From: Steroidobacteraceae bacterium
GTDB taxonomy: Bacteria; Pseudomonadota; Gammaproteobacteria; Steroidobacterales; Steroidobacteraceae
NCBI GenBank assembly: GCA_035300345.1
Contig: DATGVM010000022.1
Coordinates: 27,365 to 91,364, forward strand
Direction: 5' to 3'
DNA length: 64,000 nucleotides
The notes beneath the pieces are model-generated. The model was not told the DNA's origin. It ran no database searches and saw only the letters and a list, made by a program, of their open reading frames with translations. Below, piece after piece: positions 37,032 to 46,102 of the stretch (the stretch's first letter is position 1; the number at the start of each line of letters is the position of its first letter). The position numbers were made by a program, and so were the translations under genes.

Positions 37032-39497
37032 GTGAGCCAAGAAGCCGAATCCACCTCGCTCCTCCCCGTCACCCAGATTCCCGTGCTGCCGCTGCGCGAC
37101 GTGGTCGTGTATCCGCACATGGTGATCCCGCTGTTCGTGGGCCGCGAGAAGTCCATCCAGGCCCTCGAGGCCGCGGTGCGCGCCGACAAGCGCATCATGC
37201 TGGTGGCGCAGAAGCAGGCGGACATCGACGACCCGAAGATCGAGGACCTGCACGCCTTCGGCACCGTGGCGACGATCCTGCAGCTGCTGAAGCTCCCCGA
37301 TGGCACCGTCAAGGTGCTGGTCGAGGGCGTCGATCGGGCCCGGGTGCTGCACGTGGCCCTCATCACCGGCGCTCCGGGGGCGGAGGGCCCGCAGAATTAC
37401 TACGCCGCCACCATCTCGATCGAAGAGGACGCCGATCAGTACGACGAGCGCGAAATGGACGTGCTGGTGCGCTCGGTGGTCTCGCAGTTCGAGCAGTACG
37501 TCAAGCTCAACAAGAAGGTGCCGCCCGAGGTCCTCACGGCCCTCGCTGGCATCGAGCAGCCCGGGCGCCTGGCCGACACAGTCGCGGCGCACATGGCCCT
37601 CAAGCTGGGCGAGAAGCAGAAGGTGCTGGAGATCCTCGATGTGCGCCGGCGCCTCGAGCATGTGCTGGTCGCCATCGAAGGGGAGATGGATGTCCTGCAG
37701 ATCGAGAAGCGGATCCGCGGGCGCGTCAAGTCGCAGATGGAGAAGAGCCAGCGCGAGTACTACCTGAATGAGCAGATGAAGGCCATCCAGAAAGAACTCG
37801 GCGACATGGAAGACGGCACCAATGAGATCGCGGAACTCGAGCAGAAGGTCGCCAAGGCCGGGATGAGCAAGGAGGCGCGCGAGAAGGCCACCGCCGAGAT
37901 CAACAAGCTCAAGATGATGTCGCCGATGTCGGCGGAAGCCACCGTAGTGCGCAACTACGTCGACTGGCTCATCAAGGTGCCGTGGAAGAAGCGCACGCGC
38001 CTGCTCAAGGATATCGCCAACGCCCAGAAGGTCCTGGACGAGGATCACTACGGGCTGGACAAGGTCAAGGAACGCATCGTCGAGTATTTGGCGGTGCTGC
38101 AGCGGGTCGAGAAGATCAAGGGACCGATCCTCTGCCTCGTCGGCCCGCCGGGTGTGGGCAAGACCTCGCTGGGCCAGTCCCTGGCGCGCGCCACCAACCG
38201 CAAGTTCGTGCGCATGTCCTTGGGCGGGGTGCGCGATGAGGCGGAAATCCGCGGACACCGGCGCACCTACATCGGTTCGATGCCCGGCAAGATCGTGCAG
38301 AACATGGCCAAGGCGGGGGTCCACAATCCGCTGTTCCTGCTCGACGAAGTGGACAAGATGGCCATGGATTTCCGCGGCGATCCTTCCTCGGCGCTGCTTG
38401 AGGTGCTCGATCCGGAGCAGAACGTCGCCTTTTCCGATCATTACCTCGAGGTCGATTTCGACCTGTCGGAAGTGATGTTCGTGTGCACGGCCAATTCGCT
38501 GAACATTCCGCCCCCGCTCCTCGATCGCATGGAAGTGATCCGGCTGCCCGGCTACACCGAGGATGAAAAACTCAACATCGGCCGGCGCTACCTGGTGCCC
38601 AAGCAGGTCAAGCAGAACGGGCTCAAGGCCGGGGAGCTGAAGATTTCCGATCCGGCGCTGCTCGATATCGTGCGCTACTACACCCGCGAGGCGGGGGTCC
38701 GCAATCTCGAGCGCGAGATCGCCAAGATCAGCCGCAAGGCGGTCAAGCAGCTGCTATTGGCCAAGGGCGATGAAAAGCGCGTGGCCATTACGCCGCGCAA
38801 CCTCGACAAGTTCCTGGGTGTGCGCCGCCACCGCTACGGCAAGGCCGAGGACCAGAACCGCATCGGTCAGGTTACGGGACTGGCCTGGACCGAGGTCGGC
38901 GGGGAACTGCTGACGATCGAGGCGGCCGTGGTGTCCGGCAAGGGCAAGCTCATGCACACCGGCCAGCTGGGCGAAGTGATGCAGGAGTCGATCCAGGCCG
39001 CGATGTCGGTGGTGCGTTCCCGCGCCGAAGTGCTCGGCCTCGACCCGGATTTCTACCAGAAGATCGACGTGCACTTGCACATGCCCGAAGGCGCGACGCC
39101 CAAGGACGGGCCCAGTGCCGGCATCGGCATGTGCACCGCCCTGGTCTCCGCTCTGACGCGCATCCCGGTGCGCTCGGATGTCGCCATGACGGGCGAAATC
39201 ACGCTGCGCGGGGAGGTGCTCCCGATCGGCGGCCTGAAGGAGAAGCTCCTTGCGGCACAGCGCGGCGGCATCGCCCTGGTGATGATTCCGGAGGAAAACC
39301 GCAAGGATTTGGTGGAGATCCCCGATAACATCAAGGGCAAGCTCGATATCCGCCCGGTGCGCTGGATCGATGAAGTGCTGGAAGTGGCGCTCACCGCGCG
39401 GCCCGTACCGCGCGTCGCCCCGCCGGTGGAAGCGGTGGTCGTCAAGCCGGGGCGTCGCGGCAAGGGGCGTGGGCCCAAGACGGTGCAGGCGCACTGA
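37032..39497 (+). CDS. lon: Lon protease
   Basis: 821 aa. [26 protein letters not shown], Walker [10 protein letters not shown], catalytic serine motif DGPSAGI. Confidence 0.97.
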   Translation: MSQEAESTSLLPVTQIPVLPLRDVVVYPHMVIPLFVGREKSIQALEAAVRADKRIMLVAQKQADIDDPKIEDLHAFGTVATILQLLKLPDGTVKVLVEGVDRARVLHVALITGAPGAEGPQNYYAATISIEEDADQYDEREMDVLVRSVVSQFEQYVKLNKKVPPEVLTALAGIEQPGRLADTVAAHMALKLGEKQKVLEILDVRRRLEHVLVAIEGEMDVLQIEKRIRGRVKSQMEKSQREYYLNEQMKAIQKELGDMEDGTNEIAELEQKVAKAGMSKEAREKATAEINKLKMMSPMSAEATVVRNYVDWLIKVPWKKRTRLLKDIANAQKVLDEDHYGLDKVKERIVEYLAVLQRVEKIKGPILCLVGPPGVGKTSLGQSLARATNRKFVRMSLGGVRDEAEIRGHRRTYIGSMPGKIVQNMAKAGVHNPLFLLDEVDKMAMDFRGDPSSALLEVLDPEQNVAFSDHYLEVDFDLSEVMFVCTANSLNIPPPLLDRMEVIRLPGYTEDEKLNIGRRYLVPKQVKQNGLKAGELKISDPALLDIVRYYTREAGVRNLEREIAKISRKAVKQLLLAKGDEKRVAITPRNLDKFLGVRRHRYGKAEDQNRIGQVTGLAWTEVGGELLTIEAAVVSGKGKLMHTGQLGEVMQESIQAAMSVVRSRAEVLGLDPDFYQKIDVHLHMPEGATPKDGPSAGIGMCTALVSALTRIPVRSDVAMTGEITLRGEVLPIGGLKEKLLAAQRGGIALVMIPEENRKDLVEIPDNIKGKLDIRPVRWIDEVLEVALTARPVPRVAPPVEAVVVKPGRRGKGRGPKTVQAH

Positions 39498-39523
39498 GGG
39501 CGCCTCGTGTGAGGTCCTAAGGC

Positions 39524-39724
39524 ATGGAGATCAATCTTTCGGTCGATCCTGGGCTCGTGGATCAAGCTGTGAAAGTCGGCGGCGAGCGCACCAGGAAGGC
39601 GGCCGTGACCCGCGCACTCCAGGAATACATCGCGCGCCACAGGCAGAAAGATCTCTCGGAACTCATGGGCAAGCTCGATTGGGAGGAGTCGTTCGACGTC
39701 AAGGTTGAACGTTCCCGAGAGTGA
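39524..39724 (+). CDS. VapB-type type II antitoxin-like protein (no cognate toxin adjacent)
   Basis: 66 aa. [36 protein letters not shown] fits the short VapB antitoxin family pattern. No PIN-domain ORF lies downstream before the tRNA genes. Confidence 0.6.
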   Translation: MEINLSVDPGLVDQAVKVGGERTRKAAVTRALQEYIARHRQKDLSELMGKLDWEESFDVKVERSRE

Positions 39725-39844
39725 CCCTGCCAGCCGATAGGCATTCGTGCCAGGCTTTATGGCCGCTGGCGTAAGACGGATCAATCCCTTAGAATGCGGC
39801 GCCTTTTTGGAGAGGGGCTGGGCCCTCTTGACGCGCTAAAATAC

Positions 39845-39920
39845 GGGTGCTTAGCTCAGCTGGTAGAGCGTCGCCCTTACAAGGCGAATGTCGTGGGTTC
39901 GATCCCCTCAGCACCCACCA
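39845..39920 (+). tRNA. tRNA-Val (anticodon TAC)
   Basis: GGGTGCTTAGCTCAGCTGGTAGAGC..., anticodon loop CTTACAA, T-loop TTCGATC, acceptor AGCACCC + A + CCA. There is one U-U mismatch in the T stem. Confidence 0.9.
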
Positions 39921-39928
39921 CTCACTGC

Positions 39929-40005
39929 GGAGCGGTAGTTCAGTTGGTTAGAATACCGGCCTGTCACGCCGGGGGTCGCGGGTTCGAGTCCCGTCCGCTC
40001 CGCCA
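39929..40005 (+). tRNA. tRNA-Asp (anticodon GTC)
   Basis: GGAGCGGTAGTTCAGTTGGTTAGAATACCGGCCTGTCACGCCGGGGGTCGCGGGTTCGAGTCCCGTCCGCTCCGCCA is nearly identical to the canonical bacterial tRNA-Asp. Confidence 0.95.
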
Positions 40006-40015
40006 TTCGTGAAAT

Positions 40016-41935
40016 ATGCTGCAAAACATCGGTGACACACTGAAAGGCCAGCGATGGCTGGCGTTCCTGCTGCTGGGGCTCCTGATCCTGGTCTTTGCCC
40101 TATGGGGCGCCTACGGCATCGTGGACCTGAGCTTCGGCACGCCCAGCTATGCGCTCAAGGTCAACGGCGAGGAGGTGCCCGCCAACCAGGTGCAGAACGC
40201 CTGGCAGGAGCAGCAGTCCAAGTACCAGCAACAGCTCAAGGCCGACATTCCGCCGGCCATGCGCACCAAGCTCCAGGAGCAGCTGCTCGATCAGTACGTG
40301 CGCGAGACGCTGGTGCGCCAGCGCGCCACCGAGCGCGGCTTCCGCGTGGATGACCAGGCGGTCGTGATGGCTTACCAGCGCGAGTCGGCCTTCCAGGTCG
40401 GCGGCAAGTTCGATGCGACGGCGGCCAAGGGCATGCTGGCGCAGATCGGCATGACGCCCGCGGGCTATGAGAAGCAGCTGCGCAACTCGCTGCAGGTGGG
40501 GCAGCTCGAGCAGAGCCTGCAGATCGGCGATTTCATGACCCAGGCGGAGATCGCCCGTGCCTTTGCGCTCGAGAATGAGCAGCGCGAAGTGCGCTACGCG
40601 ATCCTGCCGCTGGCCAGCTATAGCGCCGCCGTGAAAATCGACGACGCGCGCGCCAAGGCCTGGTATGAGGCGCACGCCGAGGACTACCTGACCCCGGAGT
40701 CGGTGCACCTGCAGTACGCCGAGCTGCGGCTGGATACGATCGCGGCGGCGCTCACGGTCGATCCGGCGGAGCTCACGGCCTGGTACCAGCAGAACCAGAG
40801 CCGCTACGTCCAGGCGGAAAAGCGCCACGCGCGCCATATTCTCATCACGGTGGGCGGCGCGAAGGATGCCGCGGCCGACGCCGCCGCGCTCGCCAAGGCG
40901 CAGCAGGTGCTGAAGGAGGCGCGCGCCGGCGGTGACTTTGGGGCGCTGGCAAAGAAGCTTTCCCAGGACCCGGGCTCCGCCCGCGAAGGCGGCGATCTGG
41001 GCTGGGCCCTGCGCGGCGCCTACGTGCAGGCCTTCTCGGACAAGCTGTTCGCGATGAAGGCCGGGGAGATCAGCGAGCCGGTGAAGACGCAGTTCGGCTA
41101 CCACATCATCAAGCTCGAGGAAGTGCAGCCCGAGCGTGCCCGGACCTTAAGCGACGCACGCAGCCAGATCGAGGGCGATTACCGGCGCGAGCGGGCCTCG
41201 GATGTCTTTGGCGACCGGCAGGAGCGGGTGCAGCAGAAGCTCGAGTCCTCCGTTGGCGCGGACCTCAGTGCGCTGGCCCAGGAGTTTGGCCTCACCGTCG
41301 GTGAAGTGCCGGAATACACGCATGCGGGCGGCGGTGCGCTGGGCTCCAATGCCGAGCTGACCAGCCTGGTGTTCAGCGACACGGTGCTCAAGGACCAGCG
41401 CATCGGTGGCCCGGTGGCGCTCGCCGACGATCGCATGGTGATCGTCAAGGTGCTCGAGCACCACAAGCCGCAGGCGCGGGCGCTCGCCACGGTGCGCGCC
41501 GACGTCGAGGCGGCGGTGCGCAAGGAAGAGGGCACGCGCGACGCGCGCGCCGCGGCGGAATCGGCCGTGAAGGAGCTGATCGCCGGTGCCAGCCTGGATG
41601 AGGTGGCGAAGCAGCTCAAGATTACGGCAACCCCGGCGGCGTTCCTGGGGCGCGGCGACCCGCAGCCGCCGGCGCAGGTCCGCGACGCGGCCTTCGCCCT
41701 CGCCGCACCAGCGGCGGGCAAGAGCACTTACGAGGCCATCGCCATGGATGCCGGCGGTGCGGCGATACTCGCGGTCCTGTCCGTCAAGCCGGGCGCTCCC
41801 GGCGCCAATGCCGTCAGCGACCAGCAGCTGATGGGCAGCTTCAACCAGCATCACCGCGAGGCGGAATTCGCGGCCTACCTGGCCGAGATGCAGCGCAACG
41901 CGAAGATCAGGAAGAACCTCGCGATTTTCAACTGA
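40016..41935 (+). CDS. ppiD: periplasmic chaperone / peptidyl-prolyl isomerase PpiD
   Basis: 639 aa with an N-terminal TM (WLAFLLLGLLILVFALWG) and a parvulin domain (RHARHILI...GGDLGW...FGYHIIKLEE). It holds the conserved position after lon and the tRNAs. Confidence 0.9.
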   Translation: MLQNIGDTLKGQRWLAFLLLGLLILVFALWGAYGIVDLSFGTPSYALKVNGEEVPANQVQNAWQEQQSKYQQQLKADIPPAMRTKLQEQLLDQYVRETLVRQRATERGFRVDDQAVVMAYQRESAFQVGGKFDATAAKGMLAQIGMTPAGYEKQLRNSLQVGQLEQSLQIGDFMTQAEIARAFALENEQREVRYAILPLASYSAAVKIDDARAKAWYEAHAEDYLTPESVHLQYAELRLDTIAAALTVDPAELTAWYQQNQSRYVQAEKRHARHILITVGGAKDAAADAAALAKAQQVLKEARAGGDFGALAKKLSQDPGSAREGGDLGWALRGAYVQAFSDKLFAMKAGEISEPVKTQFGYHIIKLEEVQPERARTLSDARSQIEGDYRRERASDVFGDRQERVQQKLESSVGADLSALAQEFGLTVGEVPEYTHAGGGALGSNAELTSLVFSDTVLKDQRIGGPVALADDRMVIVKVLEHHKPQARALATVRADVEAAVRKEEGTRDARAAAESAVKELIAGASLDEVAKQLKITATPAAFLGRGDPQPPAQVRDAAFALAAPAAGKSTYEAIAMDAGGAAILAVLSVKPGAPGANAVSDQQLMGSFNQHHREAEFAAYLAEMQRNAKIRKNLAIFN

Positions 41936-41946
41936 GCGGTGCCCGC

Positions 41947-42277
41947 TTAGCCGCGAAGAAGTCGGTGCGCCAAAAGAGACTGCATGTCGCGCCGTCCATC
42001 GGAAATGATGGTAGAGGGCCCCTTGCCGCCCTATTACGCGATAGATCAGGCGATACGGTTTGAAAAAGATCTGCCGATAGTCTCTGTCTCCCAGGGTCCT
42101 GAGCTCCTTGGGTTGTGAGCCCCGGTCCGGTGCCGTCGCCAGACCGCCTGCGATCTCAACTATACGGGTGAGGACGTATTGCGCATTGCTCCGTGAATCG
42201 TGCGTCGCAATGTAGGTGAACAGTTCATCAAGGTCGCGCTCTGCGTCTTCGGTCAGAACGACTTCGAATGCCATCAA
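41947..42277 (-). pseudogene. parE: ParE/RelE-family toxin gene with an apparent +1 frameshift
   Basis: The N-terminal 96 codons (FEVVLTEDAERDLDELFTYI...YRQIFFKPYRLIYRVI) are ParE-like. After the ggg run near 42028 the ParE C-terminus GGKGPSTIISDGRRDMQSLLAHRLLRG-stop (taa at 41947-41949) lies in the +1 frame. The uninterrupted frame instead reads through antisense to ppiD as the 376-aa track ORF 41147..42277. Confidence 0.75.
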
Positions 42278-42549
42278 TCTTCCGACGCTTGATTTCGCAA
42301 CTTCTTTACGACTTCGGCTAGGGGCTTAACTCGACCTTGTGCGACCTGTTGGTTGCCCAGCGCCAGAATCTTGAGAAACGCCAGTGTCTCCTGGGTCTCC
42401 TCGTAGGAGGCCACGTCCTGGATTACCGCTTTGGCTTCGCCATTCTGCGTAATGACCAGCGGCTCGCGCTGTGCCGCCAATTCCTGAAGAACCTCGGCGG
42501 CATTGGCCTTCAGGTAACTAATCGGCTTGATACGAACGGAATAACGCAC
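42274..42549 (-). CDS. Phd/YefM family type II antitoxin
   Basis: 91 aa. ISYLKANAAEVLQELAAQREPLVITQNGEAKAVIQDVASYEETQETLAFLKIL. There is a 4-nt overlap with the parE-like start. Confidence 0.85.
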   Translation of the reverse strand: MRYSVRIKPISYLKANAAEVLQELAAQREPLVITQNGEAKAVIQDVASYEETQETLAFLKILALGNQQVAQGRVKPLAEVVKKLRNQASED

Positions 42550-42570
42550 GATTGCTCCGACTATGCGCTG

Positions 42571-42588
42571 AGGACTAAATATAGTCCT
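42571..42588. promoter_or_regulatory. inverted repeat AGGACTA-N4-TAGTCCT, candidate operator of the phd/parE operon
   Basis: A perfect 7-bp arm palindrome lies 22 bp upstream of the antitoxin start codon. Type II TA operons are commonly autoregulated at such sites. Confidence 0.4.
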
Positions 42589-42684
42589 TTACAGTCGTTA
42601 GGCAATTTGTAGCAATGGCCCCTGCGCCGGTCAATCGCGCGAGGATCGGGGAGCACCCGGCGTGCAGAGCGCGCCTCCCGGGCG

Positions 42685-43995
42685 CTACGGTGTGTTATTG
42701 CTCACGGTCGCCGCGGTCGGCACACAATCGGCGCCGCGCCCGAGACTGGCCACGGCCCGGCAGGCATTGACCGAGCGCGTTTCGCCGGCAGGTGTGGCGC
42801 GCGTTTCACTGGCAGCCTCGAGGATGCGGTGCATCTGGCTGGCATCGAGGCCGGAATTACGCGCCAGCAGCAGGGCCGCGATGCCGGTGATCTCACCAGT
42901 GGCGATCGAGCTGCCCGAAAAGAAATCGTAGCCGCCGCCCGGAGCCAGCGACAGCACTTCGCGCCCCGGAGCCTGCAGCACGCCGGCGGGGACCGAGGTG
43001 TCCTCTGAGCGCGCCACGCCCAGCACATTGCGCAGGCTCCCCGGGAAGGAGGGCGAGGCGCTGCCCGGTCCGACGATGATGATGCCGGCGCGCATGGCCT
43101 CGAGCGCGAGGGCTTCGAGCAGTGGGTCCGGCGGTCCGGTCAGGCTGAGGTTGATGATCCTCGCCTTGAGCTCCACGGCGCTGGCCAGCGCCTTGGCGAG
43201 TGTGAAGGAATTGCAGCGCGCTGCATCGGCGCCCTCCTGCAGCTGCCAGCAGGCCTTGAGCGCGAGCAGCCGCGATTCGGGGGCGATGCCGCTGATGCCC
43301 TGGCCGTTGCCGGCATTGGCCGCAATCACGCCCGCGATCGCGGTCCCGTGACGGTCGTGCTGAAAGCGCCGGGTGTCGTCGTCGACAAAATTGCGCTGCG
43401 CTTCGACGCGTCCACGCAGCTCCGGATGATCGCTCGCGAGTCCGGTGTCGATGAGCGCGATGCGCACGCCGCGGCCGCGGGAAATCAGATGCGCCTGCTC
43501 CACGGCCATGCGCTGGTTGCTGGTCTGTACGGCGGCATAGGAGTCGCTGGTCGTCAGCACGTCGTAGTCGTGCAGGGCCTCGGCCAGGGCCACGCGTTTG
43601 TCTTTCTGCAGCTGCACCAGCAGCTCCTCGCGCGTGGTCCCGTCGGGGAGCGCGAAGATGGCGCAATGCAGGTGCAGCAGGTCGATCGGCCAGGACTGCG
43701 CGAATTGCAGGTGGTAGCGCGACGCGATCGAGCGCATGGCGCGCCGGGCGCCGTCACTCACCCCATAGGCCTGTTGAGCTCCGTACTCGAAGGAGGTGCT
43801 GCCCATGTGCAGGCGCACCGGTGCGACATCATTGGGTACGGCGATGAGTATGAACCGTGACGTGTCCAGCCGCGCTGTTTCGCGCAGGCTCTCGGGGCGC
43901 GAGGTCGTGGCGGCGCAGCCGGTCAGCCACGTGAGTGCGCTCAAGGCCAGGGAGCCGATCAGGGCCGCGCGGCAAGCTGCAGTCCCGGGCCGCAT
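42685..43995 (-). CDS. S8 family (subtilisin-like) serine peptidase lipoprotein
   Basis: Lipobox WLTGCA. Catalytic triad motifs IALIDTGLASDHPEL (Asp), HGTAIAGVIAAN (His), GSSIATGEITGIAALL (Ser). Confidence 0.9.
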   Translation of the reverse strand: MRPGTAACRAALIGSLALSALTWLTGCAATTSRPESLRETARLDTSRFILIAVPNDVAPVRLHMGSTSFEYGAQQAYGVSDGARRAMRSIASRYHLQFAQSWPIDLLHLHCAIFALPDGTTREELLVQLQKDKRVALAEALHDYDVLTTSDSYAAVQTSNQRMAVEQAHLISRGRGVRIALIDTGLASDHPELRGRVEAQRNFVDDDTRRFQHDRHGTAIAGVIAANAGNGQGISGIAPESRLLALKACWQLQEGADAARCNSFTLAKALASAVELKARIINLSLTGPPDPLLEALALEAMRAGIIIVGPGSASPSFPGSLRNVLGVARSEDTSVPAGVLQAPGREVLSLAPGGGYDFFSGSSIATGEITGIAALLLARNSGLDASQMHRILEAASETRATPAGETRSVNACRAVASLGRGADCVPTAATVSNNTP

Positions 43996-43997
43996 GG

Positions 43998-44657
43998 TTA
44001 GCGCGCGCCGGCTTCGGCGAAGCGCACCCGTGGATCGGCACGCAGGCGCGCGATCGTCGAGGGCGTGAGGGGCGCGGCTTTCCCGTCCACGGCCACCAGG
44101 GTGTAGACGCCCGCGGCGGAAGGGCCCGAAGCCACGGCCAGGCCGGCACCGGCCAGGATGTCCTGGACGTCGCCGAGTCGTACCCGATCGTCAAAGATCG
44201 CCTTGATGACCGGTTGTCCGGCCGGCACGCCCGGCGCCTCATCGGTCACCGTGCGGTAGTCCGGGGCCCGGCTCTCTGGCGCGCCGCGCCACAGCGCGCC
44301 TCCGAGCAGGGCGATTAGCACGGCCTGTGCGGCCAGCGCCGCACGCGTCCACCGGCCTGCCGCCCAGTGCCTGCGGCGCCCGCGCCTGGCGGCAACCGTG
44401 GGGGCCAGCGCCGGCGGCAGGGCCTCGCGGCTGTCCTGTTCGATGCGCGCCCACAGGCGGTTAAAGGAGGCCTGCGGGGCGAATTCGACCGTGGGCTCCC
44501 GGGCGATGGCGTCCCGGATGGCCCGCTGTGCCGCCAGTTCGCGCCGGCAGTCGCTGCAGCCTTCCAGGTGCGCCTCGAGCCAGTCGACCTCGGCGCCGGC
44601 CAGGCGCCCGTTGACCTTCCAGGTGAGCAACTCCACAGCGCGCGCGTGTTCATTCAT
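43998..44657 (-). CDS. zf-HC2 anti-sigma factor
   Basis: Motif HLEGCSDCRRELAAQ and a single TM (ALAAQAVLIALLGGALW). It lies directly downstream of the ECF sigma gene. Confidence 0.8.
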   Translation of the reverse strand: MNEHARAVELLTWKVNGRLAGAEVDWLEAHLEGCSDCRRELAAQRAIRDAIAREPTVEFAPQASFNRLWARIEQDSREALPPALAPTVAARRGRRRHWAAGRWTRAALAAQAVLIALLGGALWRGAPESRAPDYRTVTDEAPGVPAGQPVIKAIFDDRVRLGDVQDILAGAGLAVASGPSAAGVYTLVAVDGKAAPLTPSTIARLRADPRVRFAEAGAR

Positions 44658-44660
44658 GGC

Positions 44661-45257
44661 TCAGGGCTCCAGGCCTGCGAGTTGGGGCAACAGGGCGCGT
44701 AGCTTGGCGCGCGCGTGGAACAGCCGCGTTTTGACGGTGTTGGCGGGGCAATCCATGATCTTCGCGATCTCCTCGCAGGAATGGCCATAGCCATAGGCGT
44801 ATTCCAGCGACAGTCGCTGCTCCAGCGGCAGCTGTTGCATCGCCGAGAGGATCCACTCACCGGTTTCGGCATCCGCCATCTCATCGGGCGCGACCAGCGT
44901 CTCGTTCTCGATGGGCACCGCCTCGTACAGCTGGTGGCCGCGGGCGCGCAGGGTCTTGAGCGCGCGCCGGTAGGCAATGCCCATGATCCAGGTCGAGATG
45001 CGCGATTCGCCCCGGAAATCACCGGCCTTGCGCCACACCACCCAGAGCGTGTCATTGATGATTTCCTCGGCCACCTCGTAGCGCCGTGTCAGGCGCACCA
45101 GGAAGCGGGCCAGGCGCCGGTGATAGACAACGTACAGCTCGCGGAACGCTTCCCGATCACCCGCGGCCACCAGCTGCAGCAATCGCCGATCGCTGTCTTC
45201 ACGACTTTGTTGCTGCTGGCTGGAGGGGGCGACCATCGGGCATGTCCTCTGTTTCAC
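44661..45257 (-). CDS. ECF-type RNA polymerase sigma factor
   Basis: Region 2 (FRELYVVYHRRLARFLVRLT...AEEIINDTLWVVWRKA) and region 4 HTH (SCEEIAKIMDCPANTVKTRLFHARAKL). An alternative start is at 45236. Confidence 0.9.
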   Translation of the reverse strand: MKQRTCPMVAPSSQQQQSREDSDRRLLQLVAAGDREAFRELYVVYHRRLARFLVRLTRRYEVAEEIINDTLWVVWRKAGDFRGESRISTWIMGIAYRRALKTLRARGHQLYEAVPIENETLVAPDEMADAETGEWILSAMQQLPLEQRLSLEYAYGYGHSCEEIAKIMDCPANTVKTRLFHARAKLRALLPQLAGLEP

Positions 45258-45290
45258 CGGTAGGTGCCCCGGACAGGCCGATCCGGTTCA

Positions 45291-46004
45291 CTAGAACGCC
45301 CAGGCAATCGAGGCTGCCAGCGGTCCGCCCGCGGGTCCGGGCGTGTACTGGCGATGGTCGGCATTCTGCACCCAGATCCAGGCCAGGCTGGCGCGCCAGT
45401 GACCATAATGCCACGCGAGCTGCGCATTTCCGTAGGCGTAGGCGGCATATTCCAGCCCCGGCGGGTCGTAGTAGCCCGCGCCGGCACTGAGATCGAAGTG
45501 TGAGCGCAGGCTCCGGTGCACAGAGGCTTCATAGCTGAGCACGCCGTGGTCCCGGGCGAGCCCATCGGTGTAGGAGTAGAGGTTCAGCGCCGGTGTCCAG
45601 CTGGCGGCGAGGATGAGCGCATCGCGCCACGACAGGGACAGGCCCAGCTCGTCGTAGGCGTAGCCGATGGGTCGCGGATCGCCCGGATAGCTGTAGTGCG
45701 TGGCGGTCGCGCTCAGGTCGAAGCTCTCGCTCAGCGTGGCGCGCCATTGCAGGTAGGCATCGAGCTCCGCCGTGACGTGCCCGGGGCGCAGTCGAACCTG
45801 CGATGCCCACAGGCCCGCCGACCAGCCGGGTGCGAAGCGGTAATGCGCTTCGCCCTGCGCCGCCGGGTCGCCATCGCTTTGCGAGACCCCACGCAGGACG
45901 TAATCGCTCGTCACGCCGAGCAGGCCGCCCACTGCGGCATCCGCTGCGGTGGCGCTGCCCCAGAGGAGCAGGATGGACAGGACAATGCCGCATTGCGATG
46001 CCAT
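45291..46004 (-). CDS. TorF-family putative outer-membrane porin (TIGR02001/Gcw_chp-like)
   Basis: Signal peptide MASQCGIVLSILLLWGSATAADA, motif GVTSDYVLRGVSQSD, and alternating beta-strand pattern ending in an aromatic residue (AWAF). Confidence 0.7.
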   Translation of the reverse strand: MASQCGIVLSILLLWGSATAADAAVGGLLGVTSDYVLRGVSQSDGDPAAQGEAHYRFAPGWSAGLWASQVRLRPGHVTAELDAYLQWRATLSESFDLSATATHYSYPGDPRPIGYAYDELGLSLSWRDALILAASWTPALNLYSYTDGLARDHGVLSYEASVHRSLRSHFDLSAGAGYYDPPGLEYAAYAYGNAQLAWHYGHWRASLAWIWVQNADHRQYTPGPAGGPLAASIAWAF

Positions 46005-46102
46005 GGCTCCGGGATTGTATACAACCGCCTCCCGTGAACCATCACGGACAGCGACGGTACCTACCTCGCGAACACGTTTTACACTGGCCGAGGAATGCAC
46101 CC

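Noticed and set aside
35469-38441. 990-aa ORF on the minus strand, the longest non-PKS ORF in the track
   Set aside because: It lies entirely antisense to clpX and lon, whose products carry unmistakable conserved motifs. The antisense translation is low-complexity (Arg/Leu/Gly/His/Asp-rich) with no recognisable domain, which is a typical high-GC antisense artefact.
39725-39844. Search for a truncated vapC (PIN) remnant or a hupB remnant downstream of the vapB-like ORF
   Set aside because: No frame gives PIN-like (xxLDTSV) or HU-like (MNKxELI) sequence, so the interval appears to be plain intergenic or tRNA promoter DNA.
39794-40012. 72-aa ORF between vapB-like gene and ppiD
   Set aside because: It is fully explained by tRNA-Val and tRNA-Asp on the same strand, so the ORF is a translation of tRNA sequence.
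41147-41946. Continuation of the 376-aa ORF 41147..42277 antisense to ppiD
   Set aside because: Only the first ~96 codons are ParE-like. The rest is read-through caused by the frameshift described in the findings and overlaps the well-supported ppiD gene.
45803-46102. 100-codon N-terminal extension of the CHRD lipoprotein ORF
   Set aside because: The extension overlaps the convergent or divergent TorF-like gene and is Arg/Pro-rich. The internal ATG at 46103 yields a textbook lipoprotein signal peptide.
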